A stretch of 64,000 nucleotides of DNA from Phycisphaeraceae bacterium (GTDB taxonomy: Bacteria; Planctomycetota; Phycisphaerae; Phycisphaerales; Phycisphaeraceae): NCBI GenBank assembly GCA_963674705.1, contig OY771506.1:4704001-4768000 (forward strand), given 5' to 3'. Below, in pieces: positions 19,586 to 28,205 of this stretch. The position numbers and the translations under genes were made by a program. Each line of letters opens with the position of its first letter. Positions within the stretch are counted from its first letter, which is position 1. The notes beneath the pieces were generated by a model. That model was not told the origin of the DNA. It saw nothing but the letters and a program-made list of their open reading frames with translations, and ran no database searches.

Positions 19586-19870
19586 CGGAATTAACAGGCA
19601 TATCCTTGACAAATGCATGACTTGATTTATACTGGCCGAAGGTGGAAGTGCGTATACGGCTAGCCTAGGCAGCCGGACCCAAATCAATCGGAGGCGTTAC
19701 ACAGCATATAATTCCCAGCCACTGAACATTCAGGTTTCTAACGGTTACTTTGTAGCTGCTGGGCAAGAGATACTAGAGAAAGCCCTCGCAACATTGGTTG
19801 TGAGGGTTTTTTGCATTGGGACTCGGGGCTCAAACTTTATGGAGGTTGTATATCGAAACAGATTGAGAAT
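19586..19870 (+). repeat. Leader element copy 2 (promoter + structured RNA + terminator)
   Basis: TTGACA 19606, TATACT 19628, CCCAGC...GCTGGG 19714-19763, terminator 19779-19812. Confidence 0.9.
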
Positions 19871-19974
19871 GGAGAGTTGGATTAGTTCAATCCCGACGTG
19901 AAATCGGGTTCTTACGAAAATGTATCAATCAGACGTCTAACAAACTTTTATTCAGCAAGAAGGGAAGGTTCAGA

Positions 19975-20832
19975 ATGAAGGCTTATCAGAAACTGATCGG
20001 AATGATGACGGTTGCAAGTATCGCGACCCTGACCGCACAGTCCGCAAACGCGGTGGCGATTAATGAGTTTCGTGTAGATCACGCAGGCGCCGATACCGAT
20101 GAATTCTTTGAACTGGCGGGCACCCCCGGCGAATCACTCGATGGTTTGACATACATCGTGATCGGCGACGTCCCGGGCGGCGGCGACTTCACCACCGGCG
20201 CGATTGAAGTCGCCATCTCCTTAGACGGATTATCAATCCCCGCCGATGGTTTCTTCCTCGCGGTGGAATCTATTTTCGCTGGACCGGCCGGCGTCAACGC
20301 GGACCTGGTGATCGACCTGAACTTCGAGAATTCCGACACGGTCAGCCACCTGCTTGTCAGCGGATTCACCGGCCAGGATGGGGACTTAATCGACTCCGAT
20401 CAGGATGGTGTGCTTGATGCGGTTCTACCCTGGACCAGCATTATCGATGGCTTGTCTTTAGAGGAACTGGTGAACACTACAGAGATCAACTACGGGCCGC
20501 AACTTGGTATCCCCACATTATCAGCACAACCATCAACCGGTGAAAATTACATGCACGCTTATCGTGAAGTCGACATCACAGGCGCCTGGATAGGCGGTTC
20601 TGATTATCTCTTCCTTGATACTGAGACGCCGGGCTATTCCAATGTCGCTGCCGCGATCCCGGGCGATATCAATGAAGACGGCTTTGTCGGCCTTGACGAT
20701 CTTGACATTGTTTTGAACCATTGGAACGAAGGCACACCTCCCTCCGGCGGTACTCCGTCAATCCCCGAGCCGGCGTCGTTGGCTTTGCTTGGCGTAAGTC
20801 TCACAGCCTGCCTGCGCCGCCGTGGTGCGTAA
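19975..20832 (+). CDS. Secreted PEP-CTERM protein (lamin-tail-like domain + dockerin-like motif)
   Basis: INEFRVDHAGADTDEFFELAGTPG; GDINEDGFVGLDDLDIVLNHWN; IPEPASLALLG...RRR. Confidence 0.88.
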   Translation: MKAYQKLIGMMTVASIATLTAQSANAVAINEFRVDHAGADTDEFFELAGTPGESLDGLTYIVIGDVPGGGDFTTGAIEVAISLDGLSIPADGFFLAVESIFAGPAGVNADLVIDLNFENSDTVSHLLVSGFTGQDGDLIDSDQDGVLDAVLPWTSIIDGLSLEELVNTTEINYGPQLGIPTLSAQPSTGENYMHAYREVDITGAWIGGSDYLFLDTETPGYSNVAAAIPGDINEDGFVGLDDLDIVLNHWNEGTPPSGGTPSIPEPASLALLGVSLTACLRRRGA

Positions 20833-20960
20833 ACGGGAGACATCCCTCCCGGTGCTAGGTGGCCGGGCCTCCTCGGGACGGGGGCCCGCGCCGCCTGAGC
20901 GCAAGTGTTGGCGTACGTGAGTAACTATGGGAAGGTTAAAAACTTTAAGGACGAATAATT

Positions 20961-21857
20961 ATGACGACAAGATTACCGGCTAAGCGCATCGGTGCATTCA
21001 CCCTGATCGAATTGCTGGTCGTGATATCCATCATTGCTTTACTCGTTGGCATCCTGCTGCCTGCATTAGGGGCGGCGCGTAGATCTGCTCAGAAACTTAG
21101 CTGCCTTTCGAACATGCGGCAGATCGGATTGGCCGCAGCCGCACGCGCAACTGATGATAAGTATGGGATTCAGATGCCCACGTTTGACGGAACTGATGAC
21201 GGCTTGGCGCATCTCTATCCGAATTACCTGCAAGCAGTCGAACTGGGTGTATGCCCCAGCACTGATAACATTTGCCGCTCCGACAACATGAGGCCGGCTG
21301 GCCTTCAGATCCCCGGCTTGCCCCCGGGGTCTCAGTATGACCGCGAGGTGCCTTCGGATTGGACACGCGCCGCATTAAGCGCATCTTACAACAAGGGTGG
21401 ACAAAGCTATGAAGTCTTTGCGTGGATGAGCGGCCCCGTCATCTTCCCCGATGGTAAAAAAGTCGATGGAAGAATGCTTGGAACAATCAATGACCAACGC
21501 GCAAGCGAACCTCGCCTCAATGGTCCGCACTGGAACAGTGTCACAAGCAGCGTGCTAAAGTCAACTCACAACGTTGACAATACCAGCAAGGTCATGCTGG
21601 TGCTTGATGCGGATATTGGCCATGGTGACGATGACCGAAACAACATCCCGGATGTCACGAACAATCACGGGGATGAAGGCATCAATATGAACTTTCTCGA
21701 TGGACACGCCAGTTGGGTACCTGCCGGGGAAGAGTTACTCAGGACTTACCTGGATGGGTATTCAACCGCGGCCTTGGACAATTCCACCTTCATGGAATTC
21801 ATCCCCAACCTGAGAATATCCTCGGAAAATGGCTTCACGAGATACAGCTACGATTAA
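20961..21857 (+). CDS. Prepilin-type DUF1559-like protein
   Basis: [41 protein letters not shown]. Confidence 0.9.
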   Translation: MTTRLPAKRIGAFTLIELLVVISIIALLVGILLPALGAARRSAQKLSCLSNMRQIGLAAAARATDDKYGIQMPTFDGTDDGLAHLYPNYLQAVELGVCPSTDNICRSDNMRPAGLQIPGLPPGSQYDREVPSDWTRAALSASYNKGGQSYEVFAWMSGPVIFPDGKKVDGRMLGTINDQRASEPRLNGPHWNSVTSSVLKSTHNVDNTSKVMLVLDADIGHGDDDRNNIPDVTNNHGDEGINMNFLDGHASWVPAGEELLRTYLDGYSTAALDNSTFMEFIPNLRISSENGFTRYSYD

Positions 21858-22043
21858 GCCGTTTCATTCATTATGGTACGGCTAGAGGTGAACCTGCTCC
21901 GTGCAATTGACATGGGTAGATACAGACTAAGTTGAATGTCTAATTTGTGTGAATTAAGAACGTATGTACTAGTGTGCTTATCAATATCAAGAGGAGTTGA
22001 AATGAATCGGGCCGGCTGCCCGTGCGGGATCTTGAAGTGTGAA

Positions 22044-22625
22044 TTAACGATTCAACTGCCACAAGCGTGAATTTGATGTGCTGACTGCCTGACAACCCGC
22101 GCGCAGGATCTGGCCCGCAGTGTCACCGCTGCGGATCAATCCCCCCGCGATGTAAGGAATCGAAATCTGCTTCAGATCATCCGCAATGAGTGTGGTCGCG
22201 ATGCCGGGCAGCATCTCAATCGCATCGGGTTTGGAGTGTTCGATGATAGACAGGCCACGCCTGACCGCCCGGCCATCTTGAAGGAATAAGCGTAGAACCG
22301 TGTAGAGATTGAGTTTTCGGCTGAGTCGAATCAAATGATGTTTTGTAGTAATAATCCCGCATACCCGGTCAAAGCCCGCAACGAATCGGAGCCCGGCTTC
22401 GTCGTTATTCAGCCCGCCAATGAGGTCTATATGGAGCATAACCGGGATATTACGCGTCAGTTTCTTGTTCAACATATTCAGTGCGTGGGGGATATCGGAG
22501 ACTTCGCCGCCACTAAGGAACAAGACATCTGCGTATTCCAGCAACTCCGGGTCGGGTATGGACCAATCGGTGACGTAAGGGATGATTGGTTTACCCAGGA
22601 GTGATCGGATGCCCTTGGCATTCAT
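22044..22625 (-). CDS. glpP: Glycerol-3-phosphate-responsive antiterminator GlpP
   Basis: HIDLIGGLNNDEAG, GIITTK, RLFLQD, PDAIEMLPG, IAGGLI, AVSTS..LW; ATG at 22625 gives 193 aa. Confidence 0.9.
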   Translation of the reverse strand: MNAKGIRSLLGKPIIPYVTDWSIPDPELLEYADVLFLSGGEVSDIPHALNMLNKKLTRNIPVMLHIDLIGGLNNDEAGLRFVAGFDRVCGIITTKHHLIRLSRKLNLYTVLRLFLQDGRAVRRGLSIIEHSKPDAIEMLPGIATTLIADDLKQISIPYIAGGLIRSGDTAGQILRAGCQAVSTSNSRLWQLNR

Positions 22626-22656
22626 GGCATGAACCTTGTAAATAAAAGTAGTTGAT

Positions 22657-25113
22657 ATGCAAGTAAGTATGATAGAAGGTGAACAGGTAAATTCCAAACA
22701 GTCTACGGACGCCCGGGTCGATCCGGACCGTTTGCGGCAGGTCCGCCACCTTGCGCTGGACATGGATGGCACGCTCTATCTTGGCGGCACCTTGTTCGGA
22801 TTCACGCTTGATTTTTTGAGTTCGCTTCGTGAGATGGGGATCGGCTATACGTTCTTCACCAACAACTCCTCAAAATCCACACAGGAATATATCGAACGTC
22901 TCGGTAAGATGGGGATCGAGACGACGCCCGATATGTTCTACAGCTCGACACACGCGACGATCGACTATATCCGCAAGTCATACCCGATGGTCAATAAGAT
23001 TTTTGCCCTGGGAACCACAAGCTTCCAGGAAGAACTTATTCAGAATGGTTTTGAGATCAGCGCAGCACAGCCGGACATGGTTGTTGTCGGATACGACACG
23101 GAACTGACATACGCCAAGTTGTGCCGTGCTGCCTATTGGATCAAACAAGGCAAACCATACATTGCCACACACCCGGACCTGATCTGCCCAACCGATCAGG
23201 CTATTGTATTGCCGGATTGCGGGGCGATCTGCAAAATGCTGACCGCCGCAACCGACCGCAATCCTGATGCGATCTTGGGCAAACCCAACACACTCATGCT
23301 TAAGGGTTTGTTGGACCGTCACGACCTGGAGCCGTTTCAAGTCGCGATGCTGGGTGATCGTCTCTACACCGATATCGCGATGGCGAACAACGCCGGCGCG
23401 CTCAGTGTGCTCGTACTGACGGGCGAAACGAAATCGGAAGATATCACCGGCGCTACTCAGCAGCCTGATATCACGGTCGACAATGCTTGGAAGTTCCTTG
23501 AGTTATTGAGGGGTAGCCTTGCGGGTGTTAATGTTGCTCAGCCATCTGCCGTGAGTATCAAACCCGTTACCAAACCAAGCGGTGATGAACCGACTACCTC
23601 AGATCAGGATGATGTAGACGTCTTGATTATCGGTGGAGGGATTGTCGGCGCCGGCATCGCGCGCGATGCGGCGATGCGTGGGTTGCGCGTGGTGCTGGTT
23701 GAACAAAACGACTTTGCCTCCGGCACAAGCAGCCGATCGAGCCGGTTGCTGCACGGCGGATTGCGCTACCTTGCACAAGGCCGCATAGGCCTGGTGCGTG
23801 AAGCGAGCCTCGAAAAGCAGGTCGTGCAGAAGATCGCTCCACATTTGGCGGAATCGCTACCGTTTATCTTCCCGACCTACAAAGGGACACAGTGGAAACG
23901 CTGGAAGCTGGGCATCGGTGTGAAGATCTATGACCTTCTCTGCAACGGACGAAACTTCGGCAAGTCGCAAACACTCGGTGTAAACCGTGTACGGGCGGAT
24001 CTGCAAGGCATCAAAGCCGATGATTTGACCGGTGCGGTAAGGTATTTTGATGGGCTGACGAATGATGCACGCCTGGTGATTGATACATTGCGTTCCGCGG
24101 CATCCCATGGGGCCCAGCTTCATAATTACACACGATTTGAAAACGCATCCAACAAGGGCGGCGTCTGGCAGTGTGAGTTACATGACCGCCGAGCCAATCG
24201 TCATTACAGCTTACATGCCAAGACCGTCGTCAACGCGTCGGGGCCGTGGGCCGATCGTCTGGCGCATAGCCGAACATCGCTGCGCCTGACCAAGGGGGTG
24301 CACCTGGTTATCGACCGCGATCGATTACCAATCCCCGATGCGGTTGTCATGACGGAAGGTGATCGTATCCTCTTCGCGATCCCCTGGGGCAAACGTGTGA
24401 TCCTCGGCACCACGGATACGGATTATGATGGCCCGCTGGATTCGCCAACGTGCGATGTAGAAGACGTGCAGTATGTACTTGCTATCACAAACAAGACTTT
24501 CCCGGAGGCATCGCTCCAAAGTGAACATGTCATCGCTGATTGGGCCGGCATACGCCCGCTGATCGCCAATGGTGACGAGGCCGGAACCCCGTCAGATACC
24601 TCACGCTCCCACCAGATACGGATGACCGAGCCCGGATGGTTCGATGTCGCGGGTGGCAAACTGACCACGTATCGCTTGATGGCAGAGCAAACCGTGGACA
24701 TGGTTGTGGATCAATTGGGCTGCGAAGCGCTGGATTGTCAGACCGCGAAGCATCGGTTATTAAATCCCGGGGAGGAGCGTGGCAGCGGTATCCTTCCCCC
24801 TGCGGTTTCGCGTGACCAGGTTGTACACTATTGTCAGAATGAGTGGGCAATACACTTGGATGATGTTATGCTCAGACGCTCCAGCTGGACGTATTATCAC
24901 AGCAACGCGATGGATATCGCCCAGCGGGTCGCGGCCTGGATGGCGGATATCTATCAATGGGATCGATCAACCACTGCTGCAGAGTTACAAAGATACTTTG
25001 CCAGCTCAGGCGACAATAACCGTGATTCGATTCAAGATGTTACCGTCACCTCGACACCGAATGTATTTCTCAGGTCGGTTCTCAAAGGCCAACCGCAACA
25101 GATCGAGATGTAG
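22657..25113 (+). CDS. glpD: Fusion: HAD-IIA (NagD-like) phosphatase + FAD-dependent glycerol-3-phosphate dehydrogenase
   Basis: DMDGTLY, TNNS, GKPN, GDRLYTDI, then a linker, then DVLIIGGGIVGAGIARDAAMRGL, GTSSRSSRLLHGGLRYL, GGKLTTYR. Confidence 0.88.
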   Translation: MQVSMIEGEQVNSKQSTDARVDPDRLRQVRHLALDMDGTLYLGGTLFGFTLDFLSSLREMGIGYTFFTNNSSKSTQEYIERLGKMGIETTPDMFYSSTHATIDYIRKSYPMVNKIFALGTTSFQEELIQNGFEISAAQPDMVVVGYDTELTYAKLCRAAYWIKQGKPYIATHPDLICPTDQAIVLPDCGAICKMLTAATDRNPDAILGKPNTLMLKGLLDRHDLEPFQVAMLGDRLYTDIAMANNAGALSVLVLTGETKSEDITGATQQPDITVDNAWKFLELLRGSLAGVNVAQPSAVSIKPVTKPSGDEPTTSDQDDVDVLIIGGGIVGAGIARDAAMRGLRVVLVEQNDFASGTSSRSSRLLHGGLRYLAQGRIGLVREASLEKQVVQKIAPHLAESLPFIFPTYKGTQWKRWKLGIGVKIYDLLCNGRNFGKSQTLGVNRVRADLQGIKADDLTGAVRYFDGLTNDARLVIDTLRSAASHGAQLHNYTRFENASNKGGVWQCELHDRRANRHYSLHAKTVVNASGPWADRLAHSRTSLRLTKGVHLVIDRDRLPIPDAVVMTEGDRILFAIPWGKRVILGTTDTDYDGPLDSPTCDVEDVQYVLAITNKTFPEASLQSEHVIADWAGIRPLIANGDEAGTPSDTSRSHQIRMTEPGWFDVAGGKLTTYRLMAEQTVDMVVDQLGCEALDCQTAKHRLLNPGEERGSGILPPAVSRDQVVHYCQNEWAIHLDDVMLRRSSWTYYHSNAMDIAQRVAAWMADIYQWDRSTTAAELQRYFASSGDNNRDSIQDVTVTSTPNVFLRSVLKGQPQQIEM

Positions 25114-25149
25114 TTGGAATCAGTTTTCATCTATCAGGACAATATATTT

Positions 25150-26754
25150 ATGAAGAATATAGCCCGTACGCCGTATACCTTACCAAGTGTCTTGGCCTTT
25201 CTTTGCTTGTGCTTGGTGAGTTTGATGTATGTTCAAGTTGTCTATGCATCAGAAGACAATCCCTACGTCGATGCGGTGCTGGCGGATAAGCCGGTTGGCT
25301 ACTGGCGTTTTGAAGAGGCATCCAATGCGTCTGTAGCTGTCAATCTTGCAGATAAGTCTGATGCGACCCAAGGCTCGTACAACATGGTGACGCTTGGAAT
25401 TCCGAGCGCAACAAAGGCGCTCGGTAACGCGGCAGCGTTTCATGGAGCCGATGCGGACAGCTACATTGATCTCGGCTCGCCGGAATCTCTTATGATCCGT
25501 GGTGATCTGACGATCGAATGGTGGCAGTATGTAACCAACAGCAATGTCGAGGATCAGGCTATCATCTGCTGGGCTAAGCCGGGTGATAGTGCATCGGACA
25601 ATGTGCTTTACGAAGTTGTTTTGCGCTATGATGAGAAGCAAAAGGAGCAAAAGTACCCGCGCCCCCAGATCGTGCTCGGTCACGAGTACGGCCAAGGCAC
25701 AAACGTCCGGATGCCTTCACAGGCAACGGTCCACTTCAATCGTTGGTATCACATCGCCGTCGTGCGAGATGCCGATGCACGCACCGTCCAGTATTACATC
25801 AACGGCTTCCCCTCGGGCGAGCCGATCAGCTATGCGACGAATAACAACAATCCCACGGGTGGCGAATCCGCCGGCGTCACGATTGGCCGCCTGGGACAGT
25901 TTGATAGTCGTTACTTCCAAGGGTATCTGGATGAGGTCGCTGTTTACAACCATACATTAACCGCGGATCGCATCCTGAAACATTACCGCACAGCACTTAA
26001 AGGCGCCGACATGAAAGAACGTTCAATAGTCGTTGCACACCGAGGCAACAACCGATTCGCCCCTGAAAACACGATCGTTTCGTACAAACAAGCAATCGAA
26101 GCCAAAGCACCGATGGTCGAGATGGACCTCCAGTACAGCAAGGACGGCGTTATTATTCTCATGCATGATAAAACGCTGGATCGGACTACCGATGGCACAG
26201 GTGAAGTCAAAGCTAAAACACTTGACGAATTGAAAACGCTCGATGCGGGTACCTGGAAAGGCACACAATACACAGGCGAGCCGGTCCCAACATTTGCCGA
26301 GGTCGCAAAGGTCTGTAAGGGGCAGACCATCATCATGCTTGATTTAAAGACTCTCGTGAAAGGCGATGATATCGCAAAAGCCTTGTCTGAAGCAGACTTC
26401 CCCGAGGACCAGGTTGTTGTCGCACCTTGGCAGATCGAGCATGCCACATCCATCAAGCCCTACCTGCCGGACGCAAACATGATCTTGTTGCACAGCCAGC
26501 TGCCAGAAGAATACACGGGCGATGATGTTTTCTTCGACAACATGAAACAACTCGGATTCAGTGGATTCTCCCTGAATTGGACGCACCTGACTGAATCTTT
26601 TGTACGAGCGGCACGACAGAATGGTATGAAAGTCTATACCTGGACGATTAATGATCCTGTGGATATCAGTGGCGCCGTGTTGATGAAGGTCGACGGGATC
26701 ATCACGGATGACCCCAAAGCCACAGCGGTCTATATTAACGACGTGATCCGCTGA
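25150..26754 (+). CDS. Secreted LamG-like + glycerophosphodiester phosphodiesterase (GDPD)
   Basis: PVGYWRFEE, WYHIAVV, GYLDEVAVYN; AHRG...PENT, EMD, HDKTLDRTT, WTIND, GIITD; ATG at 25150. Confidence 0.9.
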   Translation: MKNIARTPYTLPSVLAFLCLCLVSLMYVQVVYASEDNPYVDAVLADKPVGYWRFEEASNASVAVNLADKSDATQGSYNMVTLGIPSATKALGNAAAFHGADADSYIDLGSPESLMIRGDLTIEWWQYVTNSNVEDQAIICWAKPGDSASDNVLYEVVLRYDEKQKEQKYPRPQIVLGHEYGQGTNVRMPSQATVHFNRWYHIAVVRDADARTVQYYINGFPSGEPISYATNNNNPTGGESAGVTIGRLGQFDSRYFQGYLDEVAVYNHTLTADRILKHYRTALKGADMKERSIVVAHRGNNRFAPENTIVSYKQAIEAKAPMVEMDLQYSKDGVIILMHDKTLDRTTDGTGEVKAKTLDELKTLDAGTWKGTQYTGEPVPTFAEVAKVCKGQTIIMLDLKTLVKGDDIAKALSEADFPEDQVVVAPWQIEHATSIKPYLPDANMILLHSQLPEEYTGDDVFFDNMKQLGFSGFSLNWTHLTESFVRAARQNGMKVYTWTINDPVDISGAVLMKVDGIITDDPKATAVYINDVIR

Positions 26755-26833
26755 TGTATGCACTTGCGCCCGAGCGAAGCTGACTTGATGCCCCGCTCTT
26801 TATAACCAATGATGGACTGGACGGTACAAACGA

Positions 26834-28183
26834 ATGGCCAAAGGCACCTTCAAATTCCTGTCCCCCGCCCCGCATGCCCCCAGACTTCCTGACGACCAGG
26901 TCAAACGGCTTTACCCCCGTTATCGCTGGCAAATCATGGAGTCGACCTTCCTCGGGTATGCCATGTTCTACCTGGTCCGCAACAACCTCTCTCCGGTCGC
27001 CAAGGAGATTGAGGGGGCGCTGCACTACGACCATTCGATGATCGGCAGCATCCTGGCGGTCACCGCGATCTCCTACGGGGTCGGCAAGTTCATCATGGGT
27101 TCGATTTCCGACCGCAGCGATCCTCGCAAGTTCATGGCGCTTGGCCTGTTATTGACGGCCATATGCAACTTCATGTTCGGCGGCGTTGCGAACTATTACC
27201 TGCACATGGCGCTGTGGTCGATGAACGGATTCTTCCAGGGGATGGGCTGGCCCCCGTGTGGCCGATCCATGGGACACTGGTTCAGCGCCCGCGAACGAGG
27301 TGTTTTCTTCAGCACCTGGAATACCTCGCACAACCTAGGCGGCGGTATCGCCGGCATCCTCGCTGCGTATGCCGCGGGGCACTTCGGTTGGCAGGCCGCG
27401 TTCTACTTCCCCGGGGCTATCACGTTGGTTGGCGCACTCTATTTGTTCTGGCGTCTCCGTGACACACCGCAATCCGTGGGCCTCCCGCCAATCGAAGAAT
27501 ATAAAAATGATTACACCGAAGATGAACTCGAGCACGGCCTACACGAAGAAGAACTCGGTACCAAAGAGCTGCTTCTCGATGTCGTCCTGACCAACAAGTA
27601 CGTCTGGATGCTGGCGATCGCCAACTTCTTTGCATACATCGTCCGTTACAGCATGCTCGACTGGGGGCCGATGTACCTGCGCGAGATCAAGGATGCAACA
27701 CTGCACGGCGGAGGTTTTGCCGTCCTTGTGATTGAGTTCGGCGGTATCCCGTCAACGATTTTCTTCGGTTGGGTCTCCGACAAGCTCAGCGGCCGACGCG
27801 GGATGGTCGGGACGTTGTGCATGCTGCCGATCGCGGTCGCTTTCGCCGTGATTGCTCTGACACCGCCCGGTTATCTCTGGCTTGACATGTGTATGCTCGC
27901 GGTGATCGGTTGCTTTATCTATCCGGTCATCAATCTGATCACAATCGCAGCACTCGACCTGACTTCCAAGAAAGCAATCGGATGTGCCGCGGGTTTCATC
28001 GGTCTCTTCGGCTATATCGGCCGGACCGTACAAGCCAAGGGCTTCGGTTGGATGGTGGATTACTTCTCTGAGATTTATTCCTTGCATACCGCCTGGCTGA
28101 TCGTCATGTACACGATCCTTGCCAGCGCCATTGTCACGATTGTGTTGCTTGCCACCATGTGGCGGCTTAAACCAAAGGCATAG
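26834..28183 (+). CDS. glpT: GlpT-like glycerol-3-phosphate MFS antiporter
   Basis: FLGYAMFYLVRNN, QGMGWPPC, WNTSHNLGGG, RDTPQSVGLPPIEEY, AAGFIGLFGY. Confidence 0.92.
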   Translation: MAKGTFKFLSPAPHAPRLPDDQVKRLYPRYRWQIMESTFLGYAMFYLVRNNLSPVAKEIEGALHYDHSMIGSILAVTAISYGVGKFIMGSISDRSDPRKFMALGLLLTAICNFMFGGVANYYLHMALWSMNGFFQGMGWPPCGRSMGHWFSARERGVFFSTWNTSHNLGGGIAGILAAYAAGHFGWQAAFYFPGAITLVGALYLFWRLRDTPQSVGLPPIEEYKNDYTEDELEHGLHEEELGTKELLLDVVLTNKYVWMLAIANFFAYIVRYSMLDWGPMYLREIKDATLHGGGFAVLVIEFGGIPSTIFFGWVSDKLSGRRGMVGTLCMLPIAVAFAVIALTPPGYLWLDMCMLAVIGCFIYPVINLITIAALDLTSKKAIGCAAGFIGLFGYIGRTVQAKGFGWMVDYFSEIYSLHTAWLIVMYTILASAIVTIVLLATMWRLKPKA

Positions 28184-28205
28184 GTTTTATGTGAGTGGGG
28201 AAAGG

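Noticed and set aside
17914..19870. Leader repeat as a known riboswitch (ZTP, c-di-GMP, c-di-AMP, SAM, yybP) or a MITE
   Set aside because: I could not find the hallmark conserved motifs by eye, and there are no terminal inverted repeats or target duplications; Rfam is needed to close this.
20852..20902. GC-rich hairpin after the PEP-CTERM gene as a terminator
   Set aside because: No U-tract; more likely an mRNA-stabilising stem inside the operon.
22626..22772. N-terminal extension of GlpP in the ORF track
   Set aside because: Overlaps the HAD domain on the opposite strand; GlpP similarity starts after ATG 22625.
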